Counted from the first letter of the stretch, positions 40,333-50,050 are shown. The stretch is DNA of 64,000 bases from Candidatus Woesebacteria bacterium GW2011_GWA1_39_21 (GCA_000993685.1 LBWP01000003.1:6196-70195), one strand, 5' to 3'. Numbers and translations are program-made. Notes: a model not told the origin generated them from the letters alone.

Positions 40333-42578
40333 GAGCGCAAGACATCGTTGGGTTACTTCGTGAAGCATCTTTGTTGAAGAAATCAAACGTTATCCAAAAT
40401 GTAAATATTGTTGGAATTTCTGACGACTCCAGAAAAATCGCGAGAGGATTTTTGTTTGTTGCTGTAAAAGGCCTGAGGACAGACGGAAACAAGTATCTTG
40501 AAGATGCTATAAAAAGTGGAGCATCGACAATTGTTAGCGAACGCCCTTTCAAAAAAGCAGTTGTCGGTGAAAGGGTAAACTACATTCAGGTGCAAGACTC
40601 TAGAAAGGCTCTTTCACTTATTGCTGCGCTTTGGTATGAAAACCCGGCTGAAAAACTTAAAATTATTGGACTAACCGGGACTAAAGGAAAGACGACTGTT
40701 GCTCATCTTCTTCATCATATTTTTAACAAAGTAAAAATCGGGGTAGGTATGATTTCGACCGTGAATGCCGTAATTGCCAACGAAGTATCTGATACCGGAT
40801 TGCATGTAACCAATCCCGAACCGCTTCTTTTCCAATCGTTTCTAAAAAAGATGGTAGATAAAGGGCTAAAGTATGCCGTGTGTGAAATAACCTCACATGG
40901 GTTGGATCAGGAAAGGGTCTATGGGATTAATTACGAGGTGGGAGTTTTGACAAATATTACGCCAGAGCATCTGGATTACCACAAAACTTTCGCTAATTAC
41001 CGCCGTTCAAAACTGAAACTTTTTGAGAGGTCGAAAAAGTTAGTTGTTAATCGTGACGATCCGTCGTACAGAGTTATAAGACAAATGTTTAAGAACGACA
41101 AAAAGATGGCAAGCTACTCACTAAATGCAGATGCAGACATTGTTGGAAAAATACATCGGATGACAGAAGACTATATGGATTATGGAGTAGTCAAAGATGC
41201 GAAAGTGTACAGGGGAAGAATTAAGCTTTTGGGAAAATATAATTTATACAATGTTTTAGCTGCGGTTTGTGTTGCACAGCTGGAAGGAATAGGATTGAAA
41301 GCGTCAATGCGTGCGTTAGAGGATTTTCAACCTCCGGAAGGGCGCTTGGAGAAAGTGAATAATGAATTGGGAATTAATATTTATATTGATTTTGCGCATA
41401 CTCCAGATTCGCTTGAAAACTTACTACTTCTTTTAAAGAAAATGACAAAAAAACGACTAATCTGTGTTTTTGGTTGTGCGGGTGAAAGGGATAAAAGGAA
41501 GCGTTTTCAAATGGGTAAAATTTCAGGACGCTTGGCGGATTTAAGTATTATTACGGCGGAAGACCCCAGAACCGAGGATGTAAATGGAATATGTAGTCAG
41601 ATAAAAAGAGGAGCGTTGAAAGCGTTGGCAAAAGACTACTTTTCGAAAGATAATGCTGAAAGGAAATATTTGATTGTCCCCGATAGATATGAAGCAATAT
41701 ATTACTCGATTAAAAGTGTTGCTCAAACCGGCGATACGATTGTTATTTGTGGAAAGGGTCATGAAAACAGCATGTGTTATGGGAAAATTGAACATTTATG
41801 GAAGGATAGAATAGCGATTGAGAATGTGTTAAAAGCTGAGTACGGAAAGAATGCGATTATCTTAGCTGCCGGTAAAGGAAAGCGTCTAAACTCAGAAGCC
41901 CCAAAAGTGATTCTCGACATTGCGGAAAAACCAATAGTTAGTTATTGTGTGACTAATCTAAGGAGATCCGGTTTTTCAAACATTACTTTGGTGGTTGGAT
42001 ATCGAGCTTCAGATGTAATTAAAGAAATTGGCCCGACTGTAAATTATGCATTCCAAAGGACCGCTTTGGGTACTGGACATGCTGCTTGGCAAGGAATGAA
42101 AAATCTGAAAAGTGAAAGAACTATTTTAGTCGTTAACGGCGATGACAGTGCTTTCTATAAACCAGAAACTTTTGCCGCGGTTTTCCAAAGCCATCTTGAA
42201 TCCAAGGCAAAGTTGACCTTTACGAGTACGATTTTGGAAAATCCAACAGGAATTGGGAGATTGGTACGAGATATTAACGGAACACTGCTTCGTATTGTTG
42301 AGGAGAAAATCGCAAGCGAATCTGAAAAGAAAATTAAAGAATGCAATATTGGAATGTATGTATTTGATCGGGGATGGTTTTTGAAAAATATAAAGAAGGT
42401 GAAGAAAGGTACGGTTGGTGAGTATTATATTACTGACTTGATTGAAATTGCCGTAAGGCAGAATGATTTTATTAATGTTTTTCGTCTGAACGATTCGAGG
42501 CAGTGGTGTGGCATAAATACATGGGATGAACTTGAGCATGCAAATAAGAAGATGAATGAGGAAATTAATAAAACTTAG
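40329..42578 (+). CDS. murE: MurE fused to a C-terminal GlmU-like nucleotidyltransferase domain
   Basis: aa 1 to about 500: 'TGTKGKTT', 'EHLDYH', 'DFAHTPD', 'GKGHE'. From about aa 508: 'IILAAGKGKR..PK', 'LGTGHA', 'GEYYITD'. Confidence 0.9.
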   Translation: MRAQDIVGLLREASLLKKSNVIQNVNIVGISDDSRKIARGFLFVAVKGLRTDGNKYLEDAIKSGASTIVSERPFKKAVVGERVNYIQVQDSRKALSLIAALWYENPAEKLKIIGLTGTKGKTTVAHLLHHIFNKVKIGVGMISTVNAVIANEVSDTGLHVTNPEPLLFQSFLKKMVDKGLKYAVCEITSHGLDQERVYGINYEVGVLTNITPEHLDYHKTFANYRRSKLKLFERSKKLVVNRDDPSYRVIRQMFKNDKKMASYSLNADADIVGKIHRMTEDYMDYGVVKDAKVYRGRIKLLGKYNLYNVLAAVCVAQLEGIGLKASMRALEDFQPPEGRLEKVNNELGINIYIDFAHTPDSLENLLLLLKKMTKKRLICVFGCAGERDKRKRFQMGKISGRLADLSIITAEDPRTEDVNGICSQIKRGALKALAKDYFSKDNAERKYLIVPDRYEAIYYSIKSVAQTGDTIVICGKGHENSMCYGKIEHLWKDRIAIENVLKAEYGKNAIILAAGKGKRLNSEAPKVILDIAEKPIVSYCVTNLRRSGFSNITLVVGYRASDVIKEIGPTVNYAFQRTALGTGHAAWQGMKNLKSERTILVVNGDDSAFYKPETFAAVFQSHLESKAKLTFTSTILENPTGIGRLVRDINGTLLRIVEEKIASESEKKIKECNIGMYVFDRGWFLKNIKKVKKGTVGEYYITDLIEIAVRQNDFINVFRLNDSRQWCGINTWDELEHANKKMNEEINKT

Positions 42579-42597
42579 CCGATCAGATAAAATCAGA

Positions 42598-44022
42598 ATG
42601 AGAAGCCCCGATAAAGTTAAAAAAGTTCACTTGACTGGAATTAAAGGTGTAGGGATGACCGCACTCGCGACATATTACCAGGACATGGGAATGTTTGTTA
42701 CTGGCAGCGATGTTCCAGAAGCTTTTGTTACCGATGAAATATTGAAAAAGCGAAATATTGGTTGGAGTTTGGGGATAAGTAAAAAACATGTAAAACTTGG
42801 TTTTGATCTTTTGGTCACAACAGCCGCACATGGTGGACTTGAAAATGAGGAAGTCAAAAAGGCAAAACAATTAAAGATCCCCGTTTTAACGTATGCGGAA
42901 GCATTGGCACAGGCAAGCCTCGAGAAGGAAACAATTTGTGTTTGCGGGGTTGGTGGAAAAACTACTACTTGTTCGATGTTGTCAGTACTTCTTGATACAG
43001 CAGGATTAAACCCATCCTTTTTAGTCGGGGTGGGCAATATTTTTCCACTCGGAGTTTCCGGACGCTATGTAAAAGAAGGCAGAGTTTTTATTTGCGAGGC
43101 TGATGAGTACGCCGTTTCTCCCGGAGTTGATAACCGACCGAAATTCTCTCTTCTCAAGCCAAAAGTAATCATTGCTACCAATATTGAATATGACCATCCA
43201 GATATTTACCCCGATTTTGAAAAAACCAAAGAAACGTTTTTGCAATTTTTCAATAAACTTGGAAAGTATGGATATTTACTTGCTGACGCCGATAACAAAA
43301 ATACGATTGAGGTTGCAAAAAAATCAGATGCATATTTAATTACTTATGGCTTCGAAAAGAGTGCTGACTACCGAATTAAAAAAGTAAAGTATGCTGAACA
43401 AAGAACGAGCTTTGACCTCTATATAAAAAAGAAACGCCTACTTGTTGAAAACTTGACGATTAATGTTCCAGGAGAATTTAATATCAGAAACGCCGTGGCT
43501 GCTTTCGCAGTAGGGGATTTATTGGGAGTTGAGCAGGAAATATTAGTAAAGGGATTGCGACGATATTTGGGCTGCAGGCGCAGATTTGAAGAAATGATTT
43601 TTTATAAAAACGCAAGATTTTATGATGACTATGCACATCATCCGTCAGAAATAAAGGCGACATTGCAAGCTGCCCGTGAGTGGTTTCCCAAAAGGAGGAT
43701 TGTAGCTATTTTCCAACCACATACTTACTCAAGAACCAAAGCTTTATTCGAACAATTTGCCCAAAGTTTTGCTGATGCTGATGTTGTTGCATTAATGGAT
43801 ATTTATGCGTCTGCGAGAGAAAAATATGATCCAACGGTATCCTCAAAATTGTTGACGGAAGGTGTACATAAATATAATAAAAATACACATTATGTTGCTG
43901 ATCAAAAAACTACAGTAGCTTGGGTAAAGACAAACGTTAAGGCGGGGGATATTGTTTTAACAATGGGTGCGGGGAACATTTTTCACCTCTATGATTTGTT
44001 GAAGAAAAATCCAGTTAAATAA
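42598..44022 (+). CDS. murC: UDP-MurNAc--L-alanine ligase
   Basis: 'GIKGVGM', 'GKTTT', 'EADE', 'DDYAHHP', 'FQPH'. Confidence 0.93.
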   Translation: MRSPDKVKKVHLTGIKGVGMTALATYYQDMGMFVTGSDVPEAFVTDEILKKRNIGWSLGISKKHVKLGFDLLVTTAAHGGLENEEVKKAKQLKIPVLTYAEALAQASLEKETICVCGVGGKTTTCSMLSVLLDTAGLNPSFLVGVGNIFPLGVSGRYVKEGRVFICEADEYAVSPGVDNRPKFSLLKPKVIIATNIEYDHPDIYPDFEKTKETFLQFFNKLGKYGYLLADADNKNTIEVAKKSDAYLITYGFEKSADYRIKKVKYAEQRTSFDLYIKKKRLLVENLTINVPGEFNIRNAVAAFAVGDLLGVEQEILVKGLRRYLGCRRRFEEMIFYKNARFYDDYAHHPSEIKATLQAAREWFPKRRIVAIFQPHTYSRTKALFEQFAQSFADADVVALMDIYASAREKYDPTVSSKLLTEGVHKYNKNTHYVADQKTTVAWVKTNVKAGDIVLTMGAGNIFHLYDLLKKNPVK

Positions 44023-45082
44023 TGTTTACCTCGGGCGTGAGATCGATGCTGTAGGCTTTTTTAACATCCAACTTCATTTTTTCGGCAAATTTGAGAATCT
44101 CCTGCGCAGTTGCTCCTTTTTGTGTCATGACAACAAGAGATTGGTTTGGCGACGTTCCCACTTTTCCGATCCATTTTCCCTTCCAACCCAATTCTTCCAG
44201 AAGCCACCCGGCGGGTATCTTAACGTAATCCGAATATATAAACTTTGGGTCGTCGGGTTTTGGGTATGATAATTTGTCTATCGGATAGAACTGGATATTA
44301 GGAACTTTTTTTTGAATCCCGACAAGCTCCTTTTTGGTTATAACAGGATTTAAGAAAAAACTACCTGCTGTTCCTATTTTTTCCCAATCAGGAAATTTCC
44401 GTTCGCGAATTAGTGTTACAGCTTTTGAAGCATCCCTGATGTTGTAGGGAGGATTTGAAATTTTTGCCAACTCGTCTTCCAGTGACCCATACCGTGAATG
44501 GTATGAAGTATTTATTTCATCATTTTTCGCTAAGCGAAGGTTTACTTTGGTAATGATGAACCTATTTCTATAATCTTTTTTAAAAATACTTTCCCGGTAC
44601 CCGAATTTGCAAGCCTTTTTATCGAAGGAAATGGTCTTACCTGAAGCCATTTCGATTACTTCCAAAGAAACAAAGACGTCTTCGAAATTTTCACCATAAG
44701 CGGCGATGTTTTGGATGGCACCTGCCCCGACAGTGCCGGGAATCAAAGCCATATTTTCAACTCCGGAAAAACCGTTGTTGACAGCCCAAGCAACAAACCC
44801 GCTCCAGGATTCACCTGCCTGGATTTCGACTGTAATTTCTTTTTCGTCCTGATCAACAACAGCAATTCCTTTTGTCGCGATTTGGAGAATTGTCCCTGGG
44901 TAATCTTTGGTAAAAAGTGTGTTAGTGCCACTTCCGAGTACAAGCAGGTTATTGTTATATTTTTTATTTTGAAGAACTTTAACTATATCTTCGATTTTAC
45001 TAATAAGGATAAAACATTTTGCCTTGACGTCGACCTTAAACGAGTGCTTGTTTTTTAAGGAGAAGTTATGAAGAATTTTCAT
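44015..45082 (-). CDS. murB: UDP-N-acetylenolpyruvoylglucosamine reductase
   Basis: 'LGSGTN', 'IPGTVGAGAIQNIAAYG', 'FGYRES.FK', 'AGSFF.NP'; start refined to MKILHNF. Confidence 0.93.
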   Translation of the reverse strand: MKILHNFSLKNKHSFKVDVKAKCFILISKIEDIVKVLQNKKYNNNLLVLGSGTNTLFTKDYPGTILQIATKGIAVVDQDEKEITVEIQAGESWSGFVAWAVNNGFSGVENMALIPGTVGAGAIQNIAAYGENFEDVFVSLEVIEMASGKTISFDKKACKFGYRESIFKKDYRNRFIITKVNLRLAKNDEINTSYHSRYGSLEDELAKISNPPYNIRDASKAVTLIRERKFPDWEKIGTAGSFFLNPVITKKELVGIQKKVPNIQFYPIDKLSYPKPDDPKFIYSDYVKIPAGWLLEELGWKGKWIGKVGTSPNQSLVVMTQKGATAQEILKFAEKMKLDVKKAYSIDLTPEVNII

Positions 45083-45094
45083 TATTTTGAGGTA

Positions 45095-45124
45095 ATTATA
45101 ATATTGTACATCTGATGATACAAT
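45095..45124. promoter_or_regulatory. Divergent murB/murD promoter region
   Basis: Palindromic ATTATAAT (45095-45102) and TGnTACAAT (45116-45124) in a 52-bp gap. Confidence 0.5.
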
Positions 45125-45134
45125 ACTTGTATCG

Positions 45135-46505
45135 ATGTTGACTTTGAAATCTAAAATCGCCGTTTTGGGTTTGGGTGTTGAAGGGAAAGATACAATCAAT
45201 TATCTACAGAAAAAAGGTATAAATGACATTACTGTCTTTGACAAAAAAACAAAGAGCGATTTAGATTTGTCCGGTATTAATACTTCAGATTTAAAATTCA
45301 TTACAGGAGCGGATTATCTTAAAACTGGCTTGACAGTTTATAAAACAATTTTCAGATCGCCTGGGGTATACCGATTTTTGCCGGAAATTATCACGGCTGA
45401 AAAGTCAGGTAGCGTAATTACGAGCAATATTAAACTTTTCTTTGAAAAATTTAACGGTGTAAGTATTGGAGTTACTGGTACGAAAGGGAAGGGGACAACG
45501 TGCACTTTGATTTATGAGATGCTCAAAAAAAGCGGGAAGAATGTATATTTAACAGGGAATATTGGATCTCCCCCGTTATCGGTTTTGGACGAGGTTGGGG
45601 AGAGCTCAGTTGTTGTTTTAGAACTTTCTTCATTTCAACTTATTGATTTGCAAAAAAGTCCCGACATTGCGGTTGTCTTGAATGTTACAAGCGACCACAT
45701 GGATTGGCATAAAAATCAGAAAGAGTATGTCGATGCTAAAAAAAATATCGTGAAACAACAAGATGAAGACGACTTTAAAGTAATTAATTTTGACTACAAA
45801 ACCTCAAAAGATTTCGCCGACCTCTCCCCTTCTAAAAATTACTTTTTTAGTAAAAATGAAAAAGTTGTTGGCGGGTATGTTGAGAATGGAGTAATTTATC
45901 TGAAAATTGAAGGGAAGTTGTCGAAAATCGGAAACACTAAAGACTTACTTTTACGGGGAAAACATAATTGGGAAAATGTTTGTGCCGCAGCTTGTACGTC
46001 TTATCTTGCGGGTGCGGATCTAAAGAGTATTGAAAAAACAGTTTTTTCCTTTAAGGGTTTGGAGCACAGACTAGAACTGGTTGGTGAGGTGGATGGTGTA
46101 AAATATTACAACGACTCTTTTTCAACAAACCCTCAAACAACAATTGCTGCAGTTGATTCTTTTTTTGAACCGACGACTTTGATTATAGGGGGCTATGATA
46201 AGGGATTAGATTTTAATCAAATGGCCAAACATTTATCTAAAACCAAAAATCTAAAAAATATTCTTCTTATTGGTGATCTTGAAGATAAGCTTTACGAATT
46301 GTTAAAAAAATATAAATCTGAAAACTTAATTATAAGGATGGGTAAACCTGGAATGTCGCAAATTTTAGAGAAATGTAAAGAGGTTACTAAAAAAGGTGGT
46401 GTAGTTTTGCTCTCGCCTGCATGTGCTTCTTTTGACATGTTTGAAAATTACAAGGAGCGTGGAAATCAATTTAAAAAATGCGTGATGAACCTAATTGGAA
46501 GCTAA
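45135..46505 (+). CDS. murD: UDP-MurNAc-L-Ala--D-Glu ligase
   Basis: 'GTKGKGTT', 'ELSSFQL', 'DHMDWH', 'LSPACASFD'. Confidence 0.95.
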   Translation: MLTLKSKIAVLGLGVEGKDTINYLQKKGINDITVFDKKTKSDLDLSGINTSDLKFITGADYLKTGLTVYKTIFRSPGVYRFLPEIITAEKSGSVITSNIKLFFEKFNGVSIGVTGTKGKGTTCTLIYEMLKKSGKNVYLTGNIGSPPLSVLDEVGESSVVVLELSSFQLIDLQKSPDIAVVLNVTSDHMDWHKNQKEYVDAKKNIVKQQDEDDFKVINFDYKTSKDFADLSPSKNYFFSKNEKVVGGYVENGVIYLKIEGKLSKIGNTKDLLLRGKHNWENVCAAACTSYLAGADLKSIEKTVFSFKGLEHRLELVGEVDGVKYYNDSFSTNPQTTIAAVDSFFEPTTLIIGGYDKGLDFNQMAKHLSKTKNLKNILLIGDLEDKLYELLKKYKSENLIIRMGKPGMSQILEKCKEVTKKGGVVLLSPACASFDMFENYKERGNQFKKCVMNLIGS

Positions 46506-46509
46506 ATCA

Positions 46510-47460
46510 TTACCACTTACCTTTTTCTACGAAATTTCTAAACAGTTGTATCACATCTTTAGTGACGTGTCCGACTTTTCCGTTACCTATCTTTTTCTTA
46601 TCAACTTTCACAACTGGCATGACCTCTTTGTTGCTTGCAGTTAAAAAGACCTCATCGGCAGAAAAGATGTCGGATAATTTTATCGGTCTTTTTATGACCG
46701 GATAAATTATATGACAAAGACTGATGACCAGGTCTCTTGTAATACCGAAAAGAATCTTATTGTCGCTCGTGTAGATTTGCTTATTTTTGACGATAAAGAC
46801 ATTACTTGTAGTTGCCTCTGTAATATTACCTGATTTTTCGTCGTAATAAACTGCTTCAATACATCCGCTTTTTTTCGCTAAATTTAACGCCCTAATTGCG
46901 ACTGAATATTCGAGAGATTTGATTTCAGGGAAAGGACGGGAATATTTGTACGAGAGGGCTTTTGCACCATTTTCAAAAAGCGCATTTGGGTAAAAGTGAC
47001 GGTCCTCGACGATAACAATAATTGAGGCTTTAGCAGAAGGTTCGGTCGATGAATTTCCAACACCGCCGGTTATTAGAATACGAATTGTTTTTTCTTTTCC
47101 GTTTATGTTTTTTGAAAGCGTGTTGTTGACGATGCTTTCAATTTCTCTTTTTGTCTTTCCAATCGTTAAACCCAATATCTTTGCAGAATTAAAAAGTCGG
47201 TCAATGTGCCGGTCGATAAGAAATGGCCGATTATTATAAGTGACAAGAAAATCAAAAACGCCAAAGCCGCGAAGCAGTCCGATATCTAAAACACTAATTA
47301 CCGCCTTACTTTCAGGCAAATAATTTCCATTTATATAATGACATCCTCCCCGCCTTAAAAGGCGGGGTTTCTCCAAGGAGGATGACATATCAGAGTTCAA
47401 TTCATCCCCACCCTGAAGGGTGGGGTTTTCTTGAACGCTGTTATAAATTGGCACACTCAT
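46510..47460 (-). CDS. PLP-dependent class IV aminotransferase, probably D-amino acid transaminase, with 35 aa N-terminal insertion
   Basis: 'YINGNY', 'LRGFGVFD', 'HIDRL', 'IKSLEY', 'EATTSNVF', 'GITR', 'ADEVFLT'. Confidence 0.85.
   Translation of the reverse strand: MSVPIYNSVQENPTLQGGDELNSDMSSSLEKPRLLRRGGCHYINGNYLPESKAVISVLDIGLLRGFGVFDFLVTYNNRPFLIDRHIDRLFNSAKILGLTIGKTKREIESIVNNTLSKNINGKEKTIRILITGGVGNSSTEPSAKASIIVIVEDRHFYPNALFENGAKALSYKYSRPFPEIKSLEYSVAIRALNLAKKSGCIEAVYYDEKSGNITEATTSNVFIVKNKQIYTSDNKILFGITRDLVISLCHIIYPVIKRPIKLSDIFSADEVFLTASNKEVMPVVKVDKKKIGNGKVGHVTKDVIQLFRNFVEKGKW
47338..47442 (-). mobile_element. Non-autonomous IS200/IS605-type mini-element, in frame (105 nt, copy C)
   Basis: TTAT|AACAGCGTTCAAG-AAAA-CCCCACCCT.TC.AGGGTGGGG-ATGAATTGAAC...GAAA-CCCCGCCTTTTAAGGCGGGG-AGGATGTCAT. 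Confidence 0.9.
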
Positions 47461-47572
47461 TTAACATGTTCTAACAACTACAGATTATTATATAGGTAGA
47501 TTAAGTTAAAATAACAATCAATCTATCCTCCTAAGTCCGGCTGCTTCTGCAGCCTTTAATATATTTGCACCC

Positions 47573-47701
47573 TTACTTCTCTTTTTTGGGTAGTTTGCCT
47601 AATTCTTTTTGAAGCGTTTGTACTTGGACATCTGGTTCGATAAGAGTTTTAGAATTTTCTAATGAAATGGGTTTGGTTTGAGCAAGTGCCTCGCCTGTCA
47701 T
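47573..47701 (-). CDS. Small protein (42 aa), not in the ORF track
   Basis: AAGGGGGGGTGA Shine-Dalgarno 5 nt before ATG; MTGEALAQTKPISLENSKTLIEPDVQVQTLQKELGKLPKKEK. Confidence 0.5.
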   Translation of the reverse strand: MTGEALAQTKPISLENSKTLIEPDVQVQTLQKELGKLPKKEK

Positions 47702-47889
47702 AAGTATCACCCCCCCTTAAACAATTAGTAGATAATACCACATATTCAAGTAATTTATGAGGGGACGCGAAAAGATGTTAAAATAAACCAATACTGACAG
47801 TTAAGCCCAAGATCTTGTGTCGACAAGAAGGTTTTTTCTTCAACCACGGACGCGTAGTCCCCGGCTTTGAAGAGAAATTTAATATAAAC

Positions 47890-48603
47890 ATGATAGACAA
47901 AAATATAGTAGTTCTTCACGGATGGGGGGCACATCGACAAAGATTAGCTCCGCTTGTATCAGAATTAAGGAATAAAAGATGGAACGTTTTTTTTCCTAAA
48001 TTGCCTGGGTTTGGCGGTGGAGAACTAACCAGAGCTTACAACTTGGAAGATTATGTTTTACAGGTTGTGAATGAATCTGCAAAAAGATTTGCCGGAAAGA
48101 AGTATTTTGTTTTTGGTCACTCTTTTGGCGGGCGAATTGCTATTAAGCTTTCACTTTCTGATCAAAATTTGTCTGGTTTGATTCTTTGTGCGTCGGGAGG
48201 AATATCGAGAGGAAAATTTATCAAAAGAGCGGTATTTTACATGCTTGCAAAAACAGGCAGGGTGTTTCTTTTCCATAAACCGCTAGCCGACCGTTTTAGA
48301 AAAATTTTGTACAAAGCTGCCAGAGAGCATGATTATGAGAAGACCTCGGGATATGTTAAAGAGACATTTAAAAACGTAGCCTCAGAAGATTTGAGAAAAT
48401 TAGCTAAAACAATTAAGACCCCGACACTGATCTTGTGGGGGAAAAATGATAAGATGACTCCGTATAAAGATGCTTTATATTTGAACAGGAGCATAAAAGA
48501 CAGTGAGCTTGTCAGCTATACAAACGACGGACATACGCTGCCCTATGTTGAACCTGAAGAAATATCCAAAAAAATTGAAATATGGTATCAGAATTTGTCT
48601 TAA
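47890..48603 (+). CDS. Alpha/beta hydrolase
   Basis: 'LHGWG', 'LPGFG', 'GHSFGG', 'WGKND', 'GH'. Confidence 0.9.
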   Translation: MIDKNIVVLHGWGAHRQRLAPLVSELRNKRWNVFFPKLPGFGGGELTRAYNLEDYVLQVVNESAKRFAGKKYFVFGHSFGGRIAIKLSLSDQNLSGLILCASGGISRGKFIKRAVFYMLAKTGRVFLFHKPLADRFRKILYKAAREHDYEKTSGYVKETFKNVASEDLRKLAKTIKTPTLILWGKNDKMTPYKDALYLNRSIKDSELVSYTNDGHTLPYVEPEEISKKIEIWYQNLS

Positions 48604-50050
48604 TACTTTATTTTTTGATTATCTACCTTTTGTGGTTATTAACTTGTGTGTTACAGGTTTTGGTGTGGACTTATTGGGTTCAGGTTAAGGAATACAGATT
48701 CGATCGCTTATGGTCATTTTTTAAAACCTCTGATGGTAAGAGTAAATTATTTTTCTACTTTTTCTTACTTAAAAGCGTGTCGTTACCGTTGGGATTTTTG
48801 TCGAAGTTTTTAGTGCCGTTTACTGTCCCATACCTCACTATTTTGTTGATGATAATTATTTTTAAAAGTAAAGCCATTGGTTTTCGAAAACCAGTTCTGA
48901 CAAAAAGAATGCAAATTATTTTATTATTTTCTTTTTTGCCTCTCTTGATGCCACTAATTCTGCCGTTAAATCTCGGAATTATTTTAGGTGAATTTCTGCT
49001 GCCTATTGGCACTGTATGTGGCGTAGTTGTAACTAGCTATTTAACGAGGAAAACCAAGTTGAAGGAAAAACTGGAAGCCGTTGAAAAATTAAGAAAAGTT
49101 AATCCGTTTGTAATTGCAATAACTGGAAGTTACGGGAAGACTACAACAAAAGATTTTGTTACACATTTTCTGTCACAAAAATACAAAACTCAAAAAACGG
49201 AAAAAAGTGAAAATACTTTTTTTGGAGTTGTTCGGACAATTAATAACAAGTTAACTAACGATACAAGATACTTCGTTTGTGAAATAGGTGCGTACAAAAA
49301 GGGAGAAATTAAAGAACTTGCTGAGGTGGTTAAACCTAAAATGGCAATTATTACGGGAATCGAACCACAACATGTTGATCTTTTCGGCTCAATGAATAAT
49401 CTTAAGGATGCGAAATTTGAAATCGTTGATAGCTTGAAAAATGAAGGATTTGCAATTTTCAATCTCTGAATGAGGTGCAGTTTAGTGTGCTGGAAAACGG
49501 GAAACAAGTTAACAATAAGTTCACAGTAAAAACAACGGGGGTACATTTTATTGAAAATATAAGTTGTGCGATATTAATCTCAAGGATTTTAGGTTTGTCG
49601 TGGGTAGAAATTGAGAAAGCCATGTCTTCGCTTATAACTCCCGAAGGTACGATGTCTCTTATCAAAACAGTGACTGGTGCCATAATAATAAACGATAGTT
49701 ATAACAGCTCGCAAAAAAGTTTCACTGCAGCGCTTGACTATTTGTCATTTTTTAAAAATAAAAAGAAGGTTGTGATAAGTAGCGGAATAATAGAGCTCGG
49801 AGAGTTTTCTCAAAAAATACATGAAGATTTGGGAGTGAAGATGTCCGAATTAATCGATAAAGTTATAGTTACAAATAAAGATAACGCTTTATATATTTTA
49901 AATGGCATGGCAGACAAGAGCAAAATTAAGTATGAAGCCAATCTCCAAATTTTGAAAAAAATGTTTCTGAAGTCTATTGACGACAGCGATGTAATTTTAC
50001 TTGAAGGAAGACAACCCTCGGCGATTATGGATGTAGTTAAAAGTTTATGA
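48582..50050 (+). pseudogene. murF: Membrane-anchored MurF-like ligase split by a frameshifting deletion (48582-49469 plus about 49475-50050)
   Basis: 5' part has TM helices, 'ITGSYGKTTTK' and 'EIGAY'; 3' part has 'INDSYNS' and 'IELG'; the frames differ. Confidence 0.7.

Noticed and set aside
45083-45199. Long N-terminal extensions in the ORF track (murB; also 5185, 19653, 35960, 42556, 47815, 55548)
   Set aside because: They overlap neighbouring genes or non-coding elements; downstream starts fit family N-termini better.
47334-47446. 5-bp TTATA target-site duplication (108-nt element)
   Set aside because: Copy D lacks this duplication; the TTAT...TCAT boundaries fit both copies and the guide rule.
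49467-49469. TGA readthrough or alternative genetic code at the murF break
   Set aside because: The downstream half is in a different frame; TGA ends many genes here and does not interrupt conserved ones.
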